Assembly: GCA_005222975.1 (NCBI GenBank)
Contig: NJBI01000054.1
Location: forward strand, 1-21,187
Source: Promethearchaeota archaeon Loki_b31
GTDB lineage: Archaea > Asgardarchaeota > Lokiarchaeia > Sigyniarchaeales > SOKP01
Direction: 5' to 3'
Length of the DNA stretch: 21,187 nucleotides
Under the pieces are notes generated by a model. It was not told where the DNA came from. It made no database searches and saw nothing but the letters and a program-made list of their open reading frames with translations. The position numbers and the translations under genes are program-made. Positions 17,622 to 21,187 of this stretch are shown one piece after another; within the stretch, counting starts at the first letter, position 1; every line of letters begins with the position of its first letter.

Positions 17622-17650
17622 GTCCCCATACATAGGGGACAAGATTTATA
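17622..17650 (+). promoter_or_regulatory. Palindromic operator GTCCCC-N7-GGGGAC directly upstream of a TTTATA box
   Basis: Perfect GC-rich inverted repeat at 17622-17640. TTTATA at 17645-17650 lies 24 nt before ATG 17675, consistent with a leaderless transcript. Confidence 0.55.
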
Positions 17651-17674
17651 TTATTAGAAAATCATCTATTTAAT

Positions 17675-19966
17675 ATGGGTACTGAAAAAAAAGAAAAGGA
17701 AAAAAATTTCAGCAATATTGTAATAGAAAAAGATTTCTCTTCCAGGGAAAAAATCCTATTCGCTCTATACGAATTTGGAAGAATTAAACGAAAAGATTTT
17801 ATTGACATAGAAAAACGACTTCCTTTTTATGTAACAAAAAATACTTTCGATAGACATATAAGAAAATTAATTGAAAAACAATTAGTAATAAGAAAATATG
17901 AGGGTCCAGTTCACATCTACTCCATCACAGATTTAGGAATAATGACATTAAAAAGAAGATTAGAGAAATTAAACCTTGATACTTACATAATGGATATGGA
18001 AAAAAAGAGATTAATCGATTTAATTGAGGAGAAATCTGAGTTCATAAAAAAATATATTTTTGATGATGATAATATTTTAAAATTCTTAGAGTTGGTCAAT
18101 ACTATTAAATCAAATAATTCAAAATTAAGCGATTTAAAGCCAAAATTAGACTTTTTGATTTTATATCTCGCAGTAAATCACCCACAATTATATCCAAGAT
18201 ATTCAGTCTCAGAAGAGGATTTTATAAAAAAATATAATATCAAGAAATGGGAGCTAGAGTATTTTTTAGAAAAGGTCATTGAAGAAGATATTTACCATCT
18301 CTATTTTTTCAAAATCTCTGTTAAAGAAAAGGGCATAAATTTATTCTTTATGAAAAATAGTCAGTATGGAATTATATTTGAATCCACCATAAATTCACAT
18401 ATAAAGAAGTTTATTTATTTAGATTTATTAGAAAAAATTCAATACAATCTTGAAAGTCATAGACAGGTTTATAAGCAGATAGTTTCTTCCTTAATAGAGG
18501 GATATAATTTATTTCATGAAGATCTCCGCGATGCTCTTTACCATATACTTATAAAAATCGAAAGAAAAACTATGCTTGATTTAATAGAAAAAAAAAACCT
18601 CTCTCAAATATCTTTTAGCAAACATTTTCCTATTTATCTAAAATTACTTGTAAAATTATATAGATTCGAAGAACGCAAAAAAAAAGAATATGATATTGTA
18701 TCAATATCTGGAGATGATTTCTTTAAGAACTATATTTTTTTGAAGATAGAAAACGATAATCCTAAACTTAATTCTGTATTTAAAGAGATTGATAAACTGA
18801 GAATAAACAGGAATTTTGCTGAAGCAATAGAAAAACTCGAGAAAATCATTGAAAAATACCCAAATACTTATGCTTTTAATCAATATATAGAGATTTTATG
18901 CTTGATGAAAGATGATAATGCGACATTGGAAAAAGTAGAAAAAGCAATTGATTTAAATCTACATCCATCTCTTTTCCATTTTTACAAAGCTGAAATATTA
19001 CTCAATACGAGAAAATATCAAAAAGCTTTAGAAGCTATCGAAGCAGCAATATGTAAAAACCCTAATGTCCTTTATTTTTATGTCATAAAGGTATTAATTC
19101 TGATATCTTTAAATTCTATAGATGAGGCTAAAGATTCTATAGGAAAAGTGTATGAAAATGATGAATTCAAACTAGAAAAACAGAACGATGTTTTTGGGTA
19201 TGCTTGGCTCCGTTTTATAGAAAATTATTTTCCTCCAGAATCAAAAAAAAATGAAAAAAATTCCCAAATGCTTATCTTAATAAATTATCTAATTGAAATT
19301 GCTCCAGAAGATTATAAATTATATGACCAAAAAATTAGCATTCTACAATTTTGGAAACCTATTATATATGAAGAATTATTTAAAGATATTGACATCCGAA
19401 TAGATCTCAAAGAAGATGTTTTTTATCGCAATTTAAAAGCATCATTCCTGAAAAAAAAGAAGCAGTATGATGAAGCTTTAGAAACCATCGATTCCGCAAT
19501 TGAAATTAAACCAAATAAGAGCTATTTATACCATACAAAATCGAAAATACTATTTAAACTCGAACAATTTGATGAAGCCTTAGTCGAAATCGATAAAGCA
19601 ATTCTCAATGACTCTGAAAATAGAGATTATTACAGGTTCAAAACCTTAATTTACTTGAAAATGAACGATTATAAAAATGCCTTAAAATCTATTGATAAAA
19701 CAATTGAACAAGAACCTGATGTATACTATATTGGTGTTGAAGAGGAAGGAGCAGAAATACCTATGGTTCTTTATGATGATGAATTTGGTGAAGAAGTACT
19801 TGATGAAAGTACTTTGGATGATTATCTTATTAAGGCTGATATCTTGCTAAGACTAGAACGGAAAGAGGAAGCTCTTAAAGTTCTTGAAAAAGTGAGAAAA
19901 ATTGCTGAAAATCAAAATACCCTTGACTATGCGAAAAAAGTAGAAAATAAAATTAAAAATCTCTAA
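17675..19966 (+). CDS. Winged-helix + TPR protein, putative transcription regulator
   Basis: N-terminal REKILFALYE...VTKNTFDRHIRKLIEKQLV......YSITDLG is a wHTH. The C-terminal half has multiple TPRs (YQKALEAIEAAI..NP; YDEALETIDSAIEIKP; FDEALVEIDKAI; YKNALKSIDKTIEQEP). Confidence 0.8.
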   Translation: MGTEKKEKEKNFSNIVIEKDFSSREKILFALYEFGRIKRKDFIDIEKRLPFYVTKNTFDRHIRKLIEKQLVIRKYEGPVHIYSITDLGIMTLKRRLEKLNLDTYIMDMEKKRLIDLIEEKSEFIKKYIFDDDNILKFLELVNTIKSNNSKLSDLKPKLDFLILYLAVNHPQLYPRYSVSEEDFIKKYNIKKWELEYFLEKVIEEDIYHLYFFKISVKEKGINLFFMKNSQYGIIFESTINSHIKKFIYLDLLEKIQYNLESHRQVYKQIVSSLIEGYNLFHEDLRDALYHILIKIERKTMLDLIEKKNLSQISFSKHFPIYLKLLVKLYRFEERKKKEYDIVSISGDDFFKNYIFLKIENDNPKLNSVFKEIDKLRINRNFAEAIEKLEKIIEKYPNTYAFNQYIEILCLMKDDNATLEKVEKAIDLNLHPSLFHFYKAEILLNTRKYQKALEAIEAAICKNPNVLYFYVIKVLILISLNSIDEAKDSIGKVYENDEFKLEKQNDVFGYAWLRFIENYFPPESKKNEKNSQMLILINYLIEIAPEDYKLYDQKISILQFWKPIIYEELFKDIDIRIDLKEDVFYRNLKASFLKKKKQYDEALETIDSAIEIKPNKSYLYHTKSKILFKLEQFDEALVEIDKAILNDSENRDYYRFKTLIYLKMNDYKNALKSIDKTIEQEPDVYYIGVEEEGAEIPMVLYDDEFGEEVLDESTLDDYLIKADILLRLERKEEALKVLEKVRKIAENQNTLDYAKKVENKIKNL

Positions 19967-20069
19967 AAATCAAGAGTGTTCAGTTCCCGATTATTTTTTA
20001 GAGAGAGTATATATTGAAAGTTAAAATAATAGTATACATTGAAAGATAAATAACTTAAGAGAGATTAAT

Positions 20070-21026
20070 ATGAATAATCAGGAATTCAAGCAGTACCTAA
20101 TCAATATTCATGGAGAGTATGTGATTAATAATATATTGGAGAAAGATAAGCTTGAGTATGTTAAATCTAAAGATTTATGGAAATTTATCATGCAATACTC
20201 TCGTAAAACTGATATCAGTAATTTTTGTCTAAAAGACCGTGTAATGAATAAATTGTGTCCAATCTCTAAGAACCCTAAAAATCAAGTTTCGACAGATCCG
20301 AACAAAAGAGTAATAGAACTTCAAAACTGGGCGGGAGTGTTGGATCTGGAATCAAATGATGGCGCGATAAGGGATATTATGGTACTAGGGGAGAGTCCAA
20401 TTCATGATGTAGGTCAATATCTTAAGGAACAGTATAAACAACTATCAAATCCCATATTAGAACAGATATCAGAGGATATCGTAATTAATCCAAGTTGGGG
20501 TTTGAATCTAGGTTTTAGATCTTGGAAGGAATTACAGAATGAGATGGATAGATTAGAATCTAATGAGAAAACTACCACAGGGTGTGCATTTTGGATATAC
20601 TTGGGGAGACTTTTTAACAAAAATTGGAAATACATAGTAAAAAACATTTATGCAACAGATCTTGCTCACTGTAACGCTAATAAATTTCCTGATACCTTAA
20701 AAAATTGTGCTAAACTTCATTTTAAGGAAGAATTATTAACAATTAAGCCGAAAATACTTATAATTTTGGGTCATACAGCTGGAACAACTCTCATGAATCT
20801 AGAAATAGATCTTGGATTTCATATCGAAGAGCCAGAAGTATCTCTACAGACAGATTATCCATTTTATAAGTATAAATATCCACAGGCGGGTACGCTTCAG
20901 ATCGAGAATTATAGGACAAAATTTTTAGTCATTCCTCACCCTAGTCCCACGGAAACTACTTATAAAATGAATTTTGATTTTTGGAAACAGCTTAGTTCAT
21001 GGTTTTATGAATTTTATTCACCATAA
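20070..21026 (+). CDS. Uracil-DNA glycosylase superfamily protein (divergent)
   Basis: Motif 1 IMVLGESP, IYATDLAHC, C...HFKEEL..IKPKILIILG, and motif 2 IPHPSP. Confidence 0.85.
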   Translation: MNNQEFKQYLINIHGEYVINNILEKDKLEYVKSKDLWKFIMQYSRKTDISNFCLKDRVMNKLCPISKNPKNQVSTDPNKRVIELQNWAGVLDLESNDGAIRDIMVLGESPIHDVGQYLKEQYKQLSNPILEQISEDIVINPSWGLNLGFRSWKELQNEMDRLESNEKTTTGCAFWIYLGRLFNKNWKYIVKNIYATDLAHCNANKFPDTLKNCAKLHFKEELLTIKPKILIILGHTAGTTLMNLEIDLGFHIEEPEVSLQTDYPFYKYKYPQAGTLQIENYRTKFLVIPHPSPTETTYKMNFDFWKQLSSWFYEFYSP

Positions 21027-21028
21027 TT

Positions 21029-21046
21029 TCGTGAAATAACCGAAGA
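21029..21046 (+). repeat. Boundary motif copy 3: TCGTGAAATAACCGAAGA
   Basis: 17/18 identical to 2667-2684 and begins 2 nt after the UDG stop codon. Confidence 0.65.
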
Positions 21047-21187
21047 CCAAATAAAAGAATAATAAAAGTTTAAAAAGAAGAAATCTATGAATTAATCTTT
21101 GTCGGTTGGATAAATACTAATTAATATATAAGGAAAGATATAAAATGTTCTTCAAAATTTAAAGATATTTTTTATATGTATTTCTAT

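Noticed and set aside
14014-20647. Minus-strand ORFs 14014-14424, 18701-18883, 20414-20647
   Set aside because: Antisense shadows of well-supported genes.
2660-21111. CRISPR array or canonical integron interpretation of the repeats
   Set aside because: No regular repeat-spacer period, no cas or intI gene in the window, and the left ends do not fit RYYYAAC with L-box pairing.

Overview
AT-rich archaeal accessory region, most likely from an Asgard archaeon (Lokiarchaeia-like). This is inferred from GGTGA Shine-Dalgarno motifs, TATA-type promoters and an LRR protein with the 'EFWGHCSNLQAW...DTRLLHSNLAFPLL' domain that I recognise as expanded in Lokiarchaeia. From left to right: the 3' end of an IS630-family transposase inserted at CTAG into a gene translationally coupled to a YhaN/Rad50-like membrane-anchored ATPase; a DUF6516 (TumE-like) toxin-antitoxin pair; a decayed zone with PIN toxin, partner and PRTase pseudogenes missed or truncated by the ORF track; a convergent five-gene cluster; a TIGR04255 / 'WDG' / ART-RES-like three-gene operon; a divergent LRR / wHTH-TPR pair; and a uracil-DNA-glycosylase-superfamily gene. 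The five-gene cluster carries four recombinase core-binding-like domains without catalytic domains, a shared CxxCxxxCxxxPxxxC domain, TPRs, a SprT protease and a pRiA4b-ORF3 domain. Several module boundaries carry a recurrent motif (TCGTGAAATAACCGA and relatives, plus a ~45 bp homologous right half), suggesting a cassette array built by site-specific recombination. No integrase, tRNA, rRNA or CRISPR array was seen. All family assignments come from motif recognition by eye, not database searches.
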